A stretch of 64,000 bases of DNA from an uncultured Christensenellaceae bacterium (GTDB taxonomy: Bacteria; Bacillota; Clostridia; Christensenellales; UBA3700). The stretch covers positions 6,233-70,232 of the forward strand of contig CALWHE010000008.1 of the NCBI GenBank assembly GCA_944380295.1. The letters are read 5' to 3'. Position 1 is the stretch's first letter, and each line of letters opens with the position of its first letter. The translations under genes and the position numbers were made by a program. The notes below the pieces were generated by a model that saw only the letters and a list, made by a program, of their open reading frames with translations, was not told the origin of the DNA and searched no databases. Shown here one piece after another: positions 9,864 to 19,503 of this stretch.

Positions 9864-10058
9864 AAGGATATACCCGCCGCGGGCGTTTGTCAAGGCGCAC
9901 GGAGAAAAAAGGCATTTGTCTTGCGCGCGCATGTCGCGGCGGCGCCGCGCGGAAGGGCAAATGTATAAAAATTTTTACATTGGTCTTGAAATCGCGGGCG
10001 GAATATGGTATTATAAACTCAAAGAGGATATTTTCCGCAAAAGAAAAGGAGGTAAGAG

Positions 10059-11645
10059 ATGTCGGAAGAAGAAAAGAAAGAGCTGCCGCTTCAAGACGAG
10101 GAGCAGGCGGAACAAAACGCGGCGGCGGAAGAAACGCCCGTCGCGGAGCAAGAGGGCGCGGCGGAAGCGGTCGCGGTCAAAAAGGGTTTTTGGGGCAAGG
10201 TGGACAACTGGTTCGGCATCTCCAAGAGCGGGTCTTCTTATCGCACGGAGGTGGTTGCCGGTCTGACCACGTTTATGGCGATGGTCTACATCCTCATGGT
10301 GAACGCGGGCATGTTCTCCGAGGTGATAGACAGCTTCGATCCTTACGGCGCGGCGTATATCGCCACTTCGGTGGGCGCGATCGTGGGCACCATGCTGATG
10401 GCGTTTTTGGCGCGCATGCCGCTGGCGCAGGCTTCGGGCATGGGCATAAACGCCTTCATCGTTTACACGCTGCTCAACGGCACGGGACTTACTTATGCAA
10501 ACAGCATGGTGTTCGTGCTGATAGACGGCGTGATCTTTCTGATACTCACCGCCACCGGGCTGAGGCGCAAGATCTTTGAAGCCATTCCCGCGGGCGTAAG
10601 GCACGCCATTCCTGTGGGCATCGGACTTTTTATTGCCTTCATCGGCTTGCAGCAGGCGGGCGTGATCGTTGACGAGACCAGCACTTTGACCACCTTTGTT
10701 TCCTTCAACGTGCTCAAAGAGGGCAACCAATTCATCACTTTCAGTGACGGCACGGTGGGCGGCATGCTGCCCGCCATCGTGGCTATCGTGGGCGTGCTTG
10801 CCATTGCCATACTCTCCAAAAAGAACGTCAAAGGCGCCATCTTGTGGGGCATTTTGGGCTCTGCGGCGCTCTATTACGTGATGGCGGGCATAGCCGTGGG
10901 CGCGGGTTCGGAACAGGCTAAAAACATGTTTGACAGCATTACCGTTTCCAATCCGTTCAACGCCTTCAAGGCGTGGGGAGAAGACTCCGTGGGCGTGGTG
11001 TTTTACGAGGGCTTCAACTTTGACAGTTATCTCTCCGTAGAAGGCAACGGCGCCGGTTCGCTGGCGGTGATATTGATAACGTCAGCGCTGTCTTTGTGCA
11101 TGATAGACATGTTCGACACCATCGGCACTCTTTACGGCGCCTGCTCCAAAGGCGATCTGCTCGATAAAGACGGCACTCCCATCCGCATGGAAAAAATGAT
11201 GCTGGCAGACGCCATCGCCACCTGCACGGGCGCCATCGCCGGCACTTCCACCGTCACCACATTCGTGGAATCTTCTTCCGGCGTTGCCGTGGGCGGCAGA
11301 ACGGGCTTTACTTCTTTCATCACGGGCGTATGCTTTATCGTGGCGATGTTTTTGAGCCCCATCGCGCAGCTCATACCGCGCAGTGCCACCGCCACCGCTC
11401 TGGTGTGGGTGGGCGTGCTGATGATGAGCTCCGTCACCAAGATAGACTGGACTGACGCGGCGGAAGCCATCGTCGCCTTTATGACCTTCATCGTCATGCT
11501 GCTGGGCTATTCCATCTCCAAGGGCATAGGCGCGGGCATAATCACTTATATCATAATATCCGTTTGCACGGGCAAGATCAAACAGATATCCGTTCCCACC
11601 TGGGTGATAGGCGTTATCTTCCTGGCAACGTTTATTTTGACTTGA
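10059..11645 (+). CDS. NCS2/AzgA-family purine (guanine/hypoxanthine) permease
   Basis: TEVVAGLTTFMAMVYILMVN, ASGMGINAF, DMFDTIGT, TTFVESSSGVAVGGRTG. Many TM helices; RBS AAGGAGGT. Confidence 0.92.
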   Translation: MSEEEKKELPLQDEEQAEQNAAAEETPVAEQEGAAEAVAVKKGFWGKVDNWFGISKSGSSYRTEVVAGLTTFMAMVYILMVNAGMFSEVIDSFDPYGAAYIATSVGAIVGTMLMAFLARMPLAQASGMGINAFIVYTLLNGTGLTYANSMVFVLIDGVIFLILTATGLRRKIFEAIPAGVRHAIPVGIGLFIAFIGLQQAGVIVDETSTLTTFVSFNVLKEGNQFITFSDGTVGGMLPAIVAIVGVLAIAILSKKNVKGAILWGILGSAALYYVMAGIAVGAGSEQAKNMFDSITVSNPFNAFKAWGEDSVGVVFYEGFNFDSYLSVEGNGAGSLAVILITSALSLCMIDMFDTIGTLYGACSKGDLLDKDGTPIRMEKMMLADAIATCTGAIAGTSTVTTFVESSSGVAVGGRTGFTSFITGVCFIVAMFLSPIAQLIPRSATATALVWVGVLMMSSVTKIDWTDAAEAIVAFMTFIVMLLGYSISKGIGAGIITYIIISVCTGKIKQISVPTWVIGVIFLATFILT

Positions 11646-11730
11646 CAAAGTAAAAAGGGAGGTGCGGCGCGGCGGCGCCGCACTTTTGTCGATACGCATA
11701 AAATCGCCGCGGACTGCGGCGGAGAGAGAA

Positions 11731-12768
11731 ATGCTTACTTATTCTTATTTCGGAAACAAAAAGGCGGGGTTTTGTGAAAAACCCGTGCCGGAGCTTGCGC
11801 AAGCCACCGACGCCGTTGTGCGCGTGACTTTATCCAGCGTCTGCACCAGCGATCTGCACATCATCGGCGGCTTTGTCCCGCGCGCGCAAAAGGGCGTGAC
11901 CTTGGGACATGAAGGGGTGGGGATCGTGGAAAAAACGGGAGCAGGGGTGAAAAAATTCGCGCCTGGTGACCGGGTGGCGATAAACGTGGAAACCTTTTGC
12001 GGCGAGTGCTTTTTCTGCCGCAACGGCTATGTGAACAACTGCACGGATAAAAACGGGGGCTGGGCGCTGGGCTGCCGCATAGACGGCATGCAGGCGCCTT
12101 TTGTGCGCGTGCCTTACGCGGACAACTGCCTGAACAAAATTCCGGACGGCGTGAGCGACAGGCAGGCGCTGTTTGTGGGCGACATTCTCGCCACCGGTTA
12201 TTGGGCGGCGGACATCGCCGAGATAAGCGCGCAAGACGAAGTGCTGGTGCTGGGCGGCGGTCCCACGGGCATATGCTGCGCGCTGTGCGCCCGCCTGCGC
12301 GGCGCAAACGTGACGGTGAGCGAGATAAACGCGGAGCGCCGCGCTTTCATAAAGAAAAATTTTCCTTTTCTGCGCGTCGCGGGTGCGGAGGAAGCGCTGG
12401 CTTACTGCGCGGCTCTGCCGCGCGGCGGCGCGGATCGGGTGATAGAAGCCGCCGGCGGCGAGGATTCTTTCACACAGGCGTGGCAGGCGGCGCGCCCCAA
12501 CGCCGTGGTGGTGCTGGTGGCGATGTATGAGCGGGCGCAAAAACTGCCTCTGCCCGATATGTATGGGAAAAACCTCATCTTCAAAACGGGCGGCGTTGAC
12601 GGATGTAAATGCGACGAGATATTGCGGCTCATCGCCGCGGGCAGGTTGGATACGCAGCCGCTCATCACGCACACTTTCCCGTTTGAGCGCATAAACCAAG
12701 CGTTTGAGCTGTTTGCCGCGCATGCGGACGGAGTGATGAAAACGGCCGTCACTTATCGGGGCGTTTGA
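11731..12768 (+). CDS. Zinc-dependent alcohol dehydrogenase (MDR family)
   Basis: CTSDLH, GHEGVG, CGECFFC..GYVNNC, GGGPTG motifs. Start ATG at 11731. Confidence 0.9.
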   Translation: MLTYSYFGNKKAGFCEKPVPELAQATDAVVRVTLSSVCTSDLHIIGGFVPRAQKGVTLGHEGVGIVEKTGAGVKKFAPGDRVAINVETFCGECFFCRNGYVNNCTDKNGGWALGCRIDGMQAPFVRVPYADNCLNKIPDGVSDRQALFVGDILATGYWAADIAEISAQDEVLVLGGGPTGICCALCARLRGANVTVSEINAERRAFIKKNFPFLRVAGAEEALAYCAALPRGGADRVIEAAGGEDSFTQAWQAARPNAVVVLVAMYERAQKLPLPDMYGKNLIFKTGGVDGCKCDEILRLIAAGRLDTQPLITHTFPFERINQAFELFAAHADGVMKTAVTYRGV

Positions 12769-12791
12769 CCCGGAGCGGAAAAAGGCAGGAA

Positions 12792-12815
12792 AAAAGCGCC
12801 CCGCGGGGCGCTTTT
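12792..12815. terminator. Bidirectional terminator between convergent genes
   Basis: AAAAGCGCCCC-GC-GGGGCGCTTTT. Confidence 0.75.
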
Positions 12816-12828
12816 GTTTTGCCGTGGC

Positions 12829-15800
12829 TTAAAGCTCGAAGTAGAGCGTTTTCACTTCAAACGGTTTGAATTCCAGTTTGGTAAGGTCGGCTTTCTGCTT
12901 TTTGTTTTCCAACATGTCGCACTCGTAAGCGTCGCACTTTTTGGCAAAGGCGACTTCCACCGCGGCGTTTTTGCCCTTGAACTCGTAAAGGCGGGCGACG
13001 ATGCCCTTTTCGTCTTCGGACACCTTCACCGTTTCCAGGATAACGCCGTCGCCGTTCACGGTGACGGGGCATTTTTCTTCAAAGTCCGCTTTGCGCAGCA
13101 TCACCACGTTGTTATAGCAGTAGGCGCGCGCCTTCACGTCGCTCTCTTCAAACTTTTCCTTGTGCGGATAAAGCGCGTAACTGATGTGGTGGGAACCGCG
13201 GTCGCATTCGGGATCGGGGAAGCGGGGAGCGCGCAGCAGCGCCAGGCTGAGCATGCCCTCTTTTGCCTTATGACCGTATTTGCAGCGGTTGAACAGGGCG
13301 AGGGAGTAATCGTCGCCGTCCAAGTTGACGAACTTGTGCGCGCACACTTCAAACTGCGCCTGTTCGATGGAAGTATCGTTTTTGGTGGAGCGGTCCACTT
13401 GACCGAACTGGATGTCGCATTTGACCTTGTCGGCAAACACGGAGGGGATAAAGTCGGCGCGCAGCATTTTAAGCTCTTCATGCCAATCCGCGTCCATGTC
13501 GAACTGCACCAGCGTATCGCCCAAAGTCAGCGCCACGGTCTGTTCGAATTGCGAATCCATAAAGCGGTAACGGTTGCGCCTGACCACGCGCACGCCGTCT
13601 ATATACGTGTCGCTGCCTTCCAATTTGAGCGCGTGTTTTTTCAGCTTGTCGTAATCCATGCGTATATCCCAGGCGTTGTAATACATGAACGGGTCTTCGT
13701 AAACGGTGAGTTTGTTGAGGTATTGCCCTTCCTTGACCAGCTCTTTGCCGCACCTTTCGTCTTTGAGGGAGATTATCTCGCCGCCCTTGCCGAAGGTGAC
13801 GGTGATAAGTCCGTTGGAGATGGAGTCCGCGCCGAAAGTGAGCGGGGAGATGTCCGCGTTTTCCACCGGCGCCGCCTTGCCCGCGCCCATGGGCGCAAGG
13901 TCCACTTTATACCACTTGTCTTCCACGCGGATATATTCGCTGCGCGCAAAGTTGACCGGGTTGATGGCGGTGTAATCTTCGCTCTCGCCCTTGGACATGT
14001 CGTCTATGAGCTTTGCCGCCACGCCCTGGATCTGCTTGTAAAGCTCCTTGTAACGCTCCTTGCTCTCGTCGTAAACGCGCTTTATGCTGGAACCGGGCAA
14101 GATGTCGTGGAATTGATAAAGCAGCACTTCCTTCCAGATCTTTTCCACCAGCTGTCTGTCGTAACTCACGCCGCGCAGCTTGCCTTCCGCGCCCAAGAGC
14201 TCCACCAGGTGCAGCATGTTTTCCATGCGCCTGTTCCACAATTTGTTCGCCGCCTGAGAGGTGTAAGTGCCCTGGTGGCGTTCGTAATAAAGCTCGCCTT
14301 CGTATTGCGGTATCACCTCGCTGAACTCTTCGAGATCTTCAAAAAAGTCCACCGCGCGCGAAGTCTTGACGGGCGCCAGACCGCAGATGCCCTTTTGCAT
14401 GCGGGTGACGTATTCTATATGTCCTTCTCCGGGACCGCCGCCGCCGTCGCCGTCGCCGTAAAGCAGCAGGCAGACGGGCACGGTATCCTTTTCCTTATTG
14501 CGTTTGTTGGATTTGAAGATGGCAAGCGGAGAAGCGCCGGAATTATAATCTCCCGCCGGCTCCATATGCGCGAGCACTTCGCTGCCGTCCAAGCCCTTCC
14601 ACTTAAAGGTGGAGTGGGGGAATTCGTTGACCGTGTTGCTCATTATCTTGATGGTCATGAAGTAATCCATGCCGCAGCCCTTGATGACCTGGGGCAGAGT
14701 GGCGGGGAAGCCGAAGCAATCGGGCAGCCAGCACATCTTCATGTCCTTGTCGAACACCTCTTTGAAGTAACGCTTGCCGTAAAGGAACTGTCTTATCCAG
14801 CTTTCCCCGGAGGGCAGGTTGCAGTCGCTCTCCACCCACATGCCGCCTTGCAGCTCTATCCTGCCTTCGGCAACGTATTTTTTCACCTCTTCAAACAGCT
14901 GAGGATAATCTTCTTTGAGCCACTCGAACATCTGCGGTTGGGACTGGGCAAAGATGAAGTTGTCGTATTTTTTGATATTGCGCAGCTGGTTGGCAAAAGT
15001 CCTGCCCACCTTGCGGCGCGTTTCACGCAGCGGCCACAGCCAGGCAAGGTCTATGTGCGCGTGACCCACCGCGTAATGCGTCACGGCGGGGTAATCGATG
15101 GGGCGGAAGAGCACGGGCGCCAGCGCTTCGCGCGCGGCGGCGGCTCCGCTTTCCTTATAGACTTTCCATGCCGCCTTCATGCCTTCGTCCAATTCCTTGG
15201 CGCGCGCGGCGTAAACTTCCGCTTTGGCAACTTCCGTTTCTTTGAGCGCTTCCGCGTCCCCCAGGAGTTTGCACATGAGGAAGTAAGACTGGATATAATC
15301 GTAATAGTAGCCGTTCAGCTCTTCGTCCATCACGGCGATGTCGTATCTGCGCAGGTGCGCCGCCATGTTCTCAAAGCGCAGCTTGCCGTTGAAGCCCGCG
15401 TCCACATAAAGCTCTATCTCCTCGCCGCCGTCGGCGCAGGGGGAGATGTCCACAATCTGTTTGCCTATCGTGCTGTGGAAGAGGTCGCCCTTGCTCAGCA
15501 CCTGCGTGATGCCCTGCAAGACGTTGCCGTCTTTGTCGTAGACCAGTCCTTCTCCTTGCAGCTTTATGCGCGCCACCACCTTTTTGCCCTTGCCTTCCTC
15601 CGGCACCGTGCCGGTGAAGCGGAACCAGGCGCAGCCGAACTTGTCCGCCCATTTTTGCATAAAGCGCATGTTTTTGAACTTGCTCTTGTCCAAGTCCGCC
15701 CACTTGATGGGCTCGTCGGAAAGTATGCCCTGCGGTTTGAGGGATCCGATTTTTTTGTATATCTTACCCTTGACGTTCATCAGGTTGAGCGCGTGGGAAG

Positions 15801-15843
15801 AGTTTGCAAGTGCCTTCAAAACAAAATTTTTGTCACTACCCAT
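12829..15843 (-). CDS. Alpha-mannosidase, GH38
   Basis: GHAHIDLAWLW, GGMWVESDCNLPSGES, WLPDCFG, YGDGDGGGGP, HQGTYTSQ, QFHDILPGS. Confidence 0.95.
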   Translation of the reverse strand: MGSDKNFVLKALANSSHALNLMNVKGKIYKKIGSLKPQGILSDEPIKWADLDKSKFKNMRFMQKWADKFGCAWFRFTGTVPEEGKGKKVVARIKLQGEGLVYDKDGNVLQGITQVLSKGDLFHSTIGKQIVDISPCADGGEEIELYVDAGFNGKLRFENMAAHLRRYDIAVMDEELNGYYYDYIQSYFLMCKLLGDAEALKETEVAKAEVYAARAKELDEGMKAAWKVYKESGAAAAREALAPVLFRPIDYPAVTHYAVGHAHIDLAWLWPLRETRRKVGRTFANQLRNIKKYDNFIFAQSQPQMFEWLKEDYPQLFEEVKKYVAEGRIELQGGMWVESDCNLPSGESWIRQFLYGKRYFKEVFDKDMKMCWLPDCFGFPATLPQVIKGCGMDYFMTIKIMSNTVNEFPHSTFKWKGLDGSEVLAHMEPAGDYNSGASPLAIFKSNKRNKEKDTVPVCLLLYGDGDGGGGPGEGHIEYVTRMQKGICGLAPVKTSRAVDFFEDLEEFSEVIPQYEGELYYERHQGTYTSQAANKLWNRRMENMLHLVELLGAEGKLRGVSYDRQLVEKIWKEVLLYQFHDILPGSSIKRVYDESKERYKELYKQIQGVAAKLIDDMSKGESEDYTAINPVNFARSEYIRVEDKWYKVDLAPMGAGKAAPVENADISPLTFGADSISNGLITVTFGKGGEIISLKDERCGKELVKEGQYLNKLTVYEDPFMYYNAWDIRMDYDKLKKHALKLEGSDTYIDGVRVVRRNRYRFMDSQFEQTVALTLGDTLVQFDMDADWHEELKMLRADFIPSVFADKVKCDIQFGQVDRSTKNDTSIEQAQFEVCAHKFVNLDGDDYSLALFNRCKYGHKAKEGMLSLALLRAPRFPDPECDRGSHHISYALYPHKEKFEESDVKARAYCYNNVVMLRKADFEEKCPVTVNGDGVILETVKVSEDEKGIVARLYEFKGKNAAVEVAFAKKCDAYECDMLENKKQKADLTKLEFKPFEVKTLYFEL

Positions 15844-15942
15844 ATTATCTCCTGCGGGCGGACGCCCTTGTTGGTTTCACACATAATAATTTAACATAAG
15901 GCGCGCGCATTGTAAAGCAAATTTTCACGAGCCGCCTGCCGC

Positions 15943-17136
15943 TCAGTCAAAGTAATCCGTCTTGCCTATCTCCAACTTGCCGATATATCTGTTGTAAAAA
16001 GACAAAAAGTAATCGTCGCACATGCCGGCGATAAAGTCCGCCGCCACGCGCTCGGGTCTGTCTTTGTCCGCCTCGCGGTATTGCGCCACTCTGTCGGGGT
16101 TGGCGTATATGTAAGGGAAGTATATGCTCTCCAACACCCCCTTTCCGCCTTTGAGGTCGTCTATGGCAAATTCAAAAACTTCCTTCACCGCTCTTTCCAT
16201 CTGCTCGGACTGCCGCGCCGTGATGCCGGTGCTCTCCGTCTTGTAAATATAGGCGTAATTTTCCCGCATCCCCATTACTAGGGCGGCATACAACGCGTCG
16301 GAGAGGATAATGGCGTTTTTATCGTAACTGTTAAAGATGATGTCTTCTCCCGCCGCTCTTATTATCTCGTGGTTGAGCACGCCCGCGCCGTGGTCTGTAT
16401 AATCGCGCACACCGTGCACGTTCAGCCGGTCCGCGTCCTGTCTGTCCTTGCCCAGATAGGCGATAACGTCGCATATGCGCACCAGGCAGCCTTCCAGGGT
16501 GGCGGGCATCAGCTCTTCCTGCGTGATCTCTCCCCGGTAAGCGCGCTCCAATTTTTCTTCCAGCTGCGCAAAGTCGCGCGTGGCGCGCTCGTTGGGGCGG
16601 TAAGTTTGCAGCACGCACTCGCCGTTGTGGCAGAGCACGCCGTCCGTCACGGGCAGGGACATGTCGGAGCGCGTGATGTGGTCGAGGTATCGCGCGCTCT
16701 GCACGTGGTGGGCAAAGGTATAGCCGTATTTCTGCGTGGCGGCGTTCAGCCACACCTCGCCTTTATGTCCGAAAGGCGCGTGTCCCAGATCGTGCGCGCA
16801 GGCGATGGCTTCTATCAGGTCGCAGTTCAGGCGCAGCGCTCTGCCTATGGTGCGGGCGATGCGTGAAACCAGTCCGACGTGCGACGCGCGCGTGGATATA
16901 TCGTTGTTGGCGTGCAGAGAAAACACCTGCGTCTTGCCGCCGTAACGGTTGTATTGCGCCAAGTTTATCACCGCTTCGCAGTCGCGCACAAAGCCGCGCC
17001 GATAAAAATTGTATTTATATTCAGAGCGGCGCAGGCAGTCTTTTTCGCGCGCCGCGTAAGGGGAAAGCGCTTTTTCCGCCGCGCGCGAGCGCGCCAGTAT
17101 CTTGTTTTTTATCTGCCGTTTTTCTTTTTCGTCCAT
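15943..17136 (-). CDS. HD-domain deoxynucleoside triphosphate triphosphohydrolase (dGTPase-like)
   Basis: FVRD, KTQVF, R..H, HDLGHAPFGHKGE, TLEG..VR..DVIAY, DFIAGMCD. Confidence 0.85.
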   Translation of the reverse strand: MDEKEKRQIKNKILARSRAAEKALSPYAAREKDCLRRSEYKYNFYRRGFVRDCEAVINLAQYNRYGGKTQVFSLHANNDISTRASHVGLVSRIARTIGRALRLNCDLIEAIACAHDLGHAPFGHKGEVWLNAATQKYGYTFAHHVQSARYLDHITRSDMSLPVTDGVLCHNGECVLQTYRPNERATRDFAQLEEKLERAYRGEITQEELMPATLEGCLVRICDVIAYLGKDRQDADRLNVHGVRDYTDHGAGVLNHEIIRAAGEDIIFNSYDKNAIILSDALYAALVMGMRENYAYIYKTESTGITARQSEQMERAVKEVFEFAIDDLKGGKGVLESIYFPYIYANPDRVAQYREADKDRPERVAADFIAGMCDDYFLSFYNRYIGKLEIGKTDYFD

Positions 17137-17329
17137 ATATCGATTATAACAAATCGCGGCGAAAATTACCATAAAAAAGCGGAAAAAGCGCGCTTTTGCA
17201 CAAAAAAGTATGTAAATCTCGGCGCGTTACACAATATTTACGGGGTATTTACCGTTATTTAACGGCGCGGTAACGCAAAGTTTACCCCGCCCGGGTATCA
17301 TATGGACGTAAACGAAAGGAGGCAGAAAA

Positions 17330-17593
17330 ATGAAAAAAGAGTTATCTGTTGAGCAAAGATTGGAAAAAAGGCGCAGACTGACTGCGGTGGGGACCGCCTT
17401 GGCGGCGGGCGTTCTGGGCGCCGCGGTGTTTTCTTTGGGCATGACGCTTGCCGTGACGGGCGCTTCCGCGCTCTTGTGCGCGGGCGGCGCGATAGTCGCG
17501 CTCACCGGACTGGGCGTGCTGGCGGCGGCTTATCCGCTCTATCGCACCATATCGGGTGGCAAAAACGCCGAAAATTACCAAAGCAAAGCGTAA
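17330..17593 (+). CDS. Small two-TM membrane protein
   Basis: RBS AAGGAGG; two hydrophobic segments ending in YPLY. Confidence 0.75.
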   Translation: MKKELSVEQRLEKRRRLTAVGTALAAGVLGAAVFSLGMTLAVTGASALLCAGGAIVALTGLGVLAAAYPLYRTISGGKNAENYQSKA

Positions 17594-17703
17594 ACTTTTG
17601 ACATAACTTATCCCCCCATCCTCGTAGGAGAGGGCGGATCCCAAGGGTGAGCGTTATGACGCGGGATCCGTTCTCTCCGATTTTCCGGACGTATTCGTTC
17701 GGC

Positions 17704-17736
17704 AAAAAAAAGAGCGGCTGTGCGCAACAGCCGCTC
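17704..17736 (-). terminator. Terminator of the CvpA-like gene
   Basis: A-tract then GAGCGGCTGT-GCGCA-ACAGCCGCTC, which reads as hairpin plus U-tract on the minus strand. Confidence 0.75.
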
Positions 17737-17756
17737 CCTTTTGTGTTCGGGAAGTT

Positions 17757-18341
17757 TTACGCCAAGGCGAGCGCGGCGCTCGAAACCGCGTTCGACACCG
17801 CGTTTTTGGCTTGCGAGAGCGCGTCCACTATCTTTTGGAACACGTTGTTGTTCATCATCCAGGCGGAAATGCTGTCCAAAGAAGCCTTTGCCTGTTCGAT
17901 GTCGCCCTCGAATTTGAGCACGGCGATGATGGAAGTGTAGCACATCAGCACAAAGCCGAACGCCAAAAAGCCGATGCCGGCGCCTATCACGCCGCCCAGA
18001 ACGTGGTTGACCACATTGAAAGCGCCCTTTATCTTGCCGCCTTTCTTATTGACGAAGTGCATGATTATCGCCTTTATTATCAGCAATATCACCAAGGTCA
18101 CGAAAAAGACGATGATAAAAGCCAGGTTACCCGAGAGCACGCTTTCCAGCCAGGGTATGCCGAAGTATTCTTTTGCCGCCAGAGCTTCTCTGATGGGCTT
18201 CACGCCCAGCGCGCCCGCGGCGATGGAAAGACCTATCACCAGCACGGTGAGCAGCATTTTCAGCATGCCTTTCCACAAGCCCAGCAACAGGCACAGACCC
18301 AATATGACAAATCCCGCTATCGAGATCGCAGATACAGACAT
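17757..18341 (-). CDS. CvpA-family membrane protein
   Basis: GLWKGMLK near the N-terminus, four TM helices, VNHVLGGVIGA motif; RBS AAGGAGG. Confidence 0.75.
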   Translation of the reverse strand: MSVSAISIAGFVILGLCLLLGLWKGMLKMLLTVLVIGLSIAAGALGVKPIREALAAKEYFGIPWLESVLSGNLAFIIVFFVTLVILLIIKAIIMHFVNKKGGKIKGAFNVVNHVLGGVIGAGIGFLAFGFVLMCYTSIIAVLKFEGDIEQAKASLDSISAWMMNNNVFQKIVDALSQAKNAVSNAVSSAALALA

Positions 18342-18503
18342 TTTATTCCTCCTTTTGACTTGCGTCTTTATATTACGACATTATATTACGCCAAGACGCG
18401 CGCCGTTGTCAACGGCAGAAAAGCGTAATTCTTACGCAAGCGTGGCGCGGGACTTTTTTGCCGCCGCGGTATAATTTATTGCCGTGCGGGCAAAATCAAT
18501 ACC

Positions 18504-18977
18504 GTGAATAAAGTAAAAGCCGTTGTATTGTGTATAGGCACCATGCGCGTGATCGGGGACAGCGTGGGTCCGCGCGTGGGCGACATCTTAAAGGCGCGCG
18601 GAGTGGATTGTTTTGTCTATGGTGACAGCGCGGGCAACGTGAACGCGCTCAAACTGGATGTTTACGAAAATCTGCTGCGCGTCTGTCACTCCGGCGACGT
18701 GGTGATCGCCGTGGACGCCGCGCTGGGAGAAAATGAAGACGTCGGACGGGTGAAAGTGACCGGCAACGGGCTTTTCCCCGGCAGAGCGCTGGGCAGGGCG
18801 CGCGGCAGAGTGGGGGACATAGGCGTGCTCGCCGTGATGGGAGAAAAGGGCGAGGACAACTTTGCCCGCCTTGCCGCGGGCAGCGAGGCGTTTGCCGAAC
18901 ATATGGCGCAAAAAGCGGCGGACATCACACAGGAGCTGGTGGAATATATCAATATGTCCTGCGCAAGGGCGCAATGA
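18504..18977 (+). CDS. yyaC: Spore protease YyaC / DUF1256 family
   Basis: VLCIGT..VIGDSVGPRVG, VNA, IAVDAALG, PGRALG, VGDI. The last codons are supplied by the downstream repeat element. Confidence 0.85.
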   Translation: MNKVKAVVLCIGTMRVIGDSVGPRVGDILKARGVDCFVYGDSAGNVNALKLDVYENLLRVCHSGDVVIAVDAALGENEDVGRVKVTGNGLFPGRALGRARGRVGDIGVLAVMGEKGEDNFARLAAGSEAFAEHMAQKAADITQELVEYINMSCARAQ

Positions 18978-19207
18978 GCGATAAGCGAAAGTATGCGCCC
19001 TTGCGCAGGACATGAAATTTTTGCGCAGATATAAATGAGCGGCAAGCGAATGTATATCTGCTGCGCAAAAGTGAAATGTTTTTGCCTTGCAAGGCAAAAA
19101 CGTGAAATGTGCCCTCAAACCGCAAGCGACGAGAGGGCACGTGAAATGCCCGCTCATACTGCCGTGCATAGCACGGCGCATCGCGGACGTGGCGGCTGCC
19201 TGCGGCG
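18955..19207 (+). repeat. Structured hairpin-array element, copy 1 ((G/A)TGAAAT-punctuated)
   Basis: Hairpins separated by RTGAAAT at 19012, 19071, 19102 and 19141. Reverse-complement homologue at 33731-33974. Confidence 0.92.
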
Positions 19208-19210
19208 ATT

Positions 19211-19303
19211 TATTACACTTCATTGTATAAACATTGCAAAGTGACCATCTGCAAACACGAAAAAGTTACTTCAAGGCATATGAGGGGTGGAGCGCCCCGC
19301 GCT
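19211..19303 (+). repeat. Dispersed ~93-bp segment ending in a REP-like core, copy 1
   Basis: Aligns with 33587-33680 in the same orientation (14 mismatches and 1 gap by hand alignment). Confidence 0.88.
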
Positions 19304-19430
19304 TCCATCGCCCTCCTGCGCACCCTTAACAGCATTTGCCCGGGCAGCGTAACGCTGCACCCTTATTTTCCGAATACATGGTTGTGTGAATGGTCATGCC
19401 GTCAGTATCATTATATACCCAACAGATATC

Positions 19431-19503
19431 GGTGTGAATAGTAACGCTTATCAACGGTTCCGTCGCTGCGGAGCACATAAAGGGGTGGAGCGCCCCGCGC
19501 TCC
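19431..19503 (+). repeat. REP-like element with conserved flanks and variable middle
   Basis: GGTGTGAATAGTAACGC-N19-TGCGGAGCACATAAAGGGGTGGAGCGCCCCGCGCTCC. Reverse-complement homologue at 63323-63397. Confidence 0.85.

Noticed and set aside
9864-10058. Purine riboswitch upstream of the NCS2 permease
   Set aside because: No TATAAT..GATATGG...GTTTCTACC-type aptamer core and no terminator are visible in the leader.
12814-15894. Very long antisense ORFs (12814-15894 +, 33896-37273 -, 57128-59575 -, 19583-21811 -, 6956-9178 - and similar)
   Set aside because: They are shadows of well-supported genes on the opposite strand in GC-rich DNA and carry no motifs.
15943-17136. dGTPase as an anti-phage nucleotide-depletion system
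   Set aside because: It resembles the short housekeeping Firmicute form, has host-like composition and has no defence-island neighbours.
18955-19207. CRISPR or TIGR array interpretation of the GTGAAAT-punctuated element
   Set aside because: The recurring motif is only 7 bp, spacing is irregular (59, 31, 39 bp), the intervening segments are self-complementary and largely shared between the two copies, and no Cas or Nop-domain gene is present.
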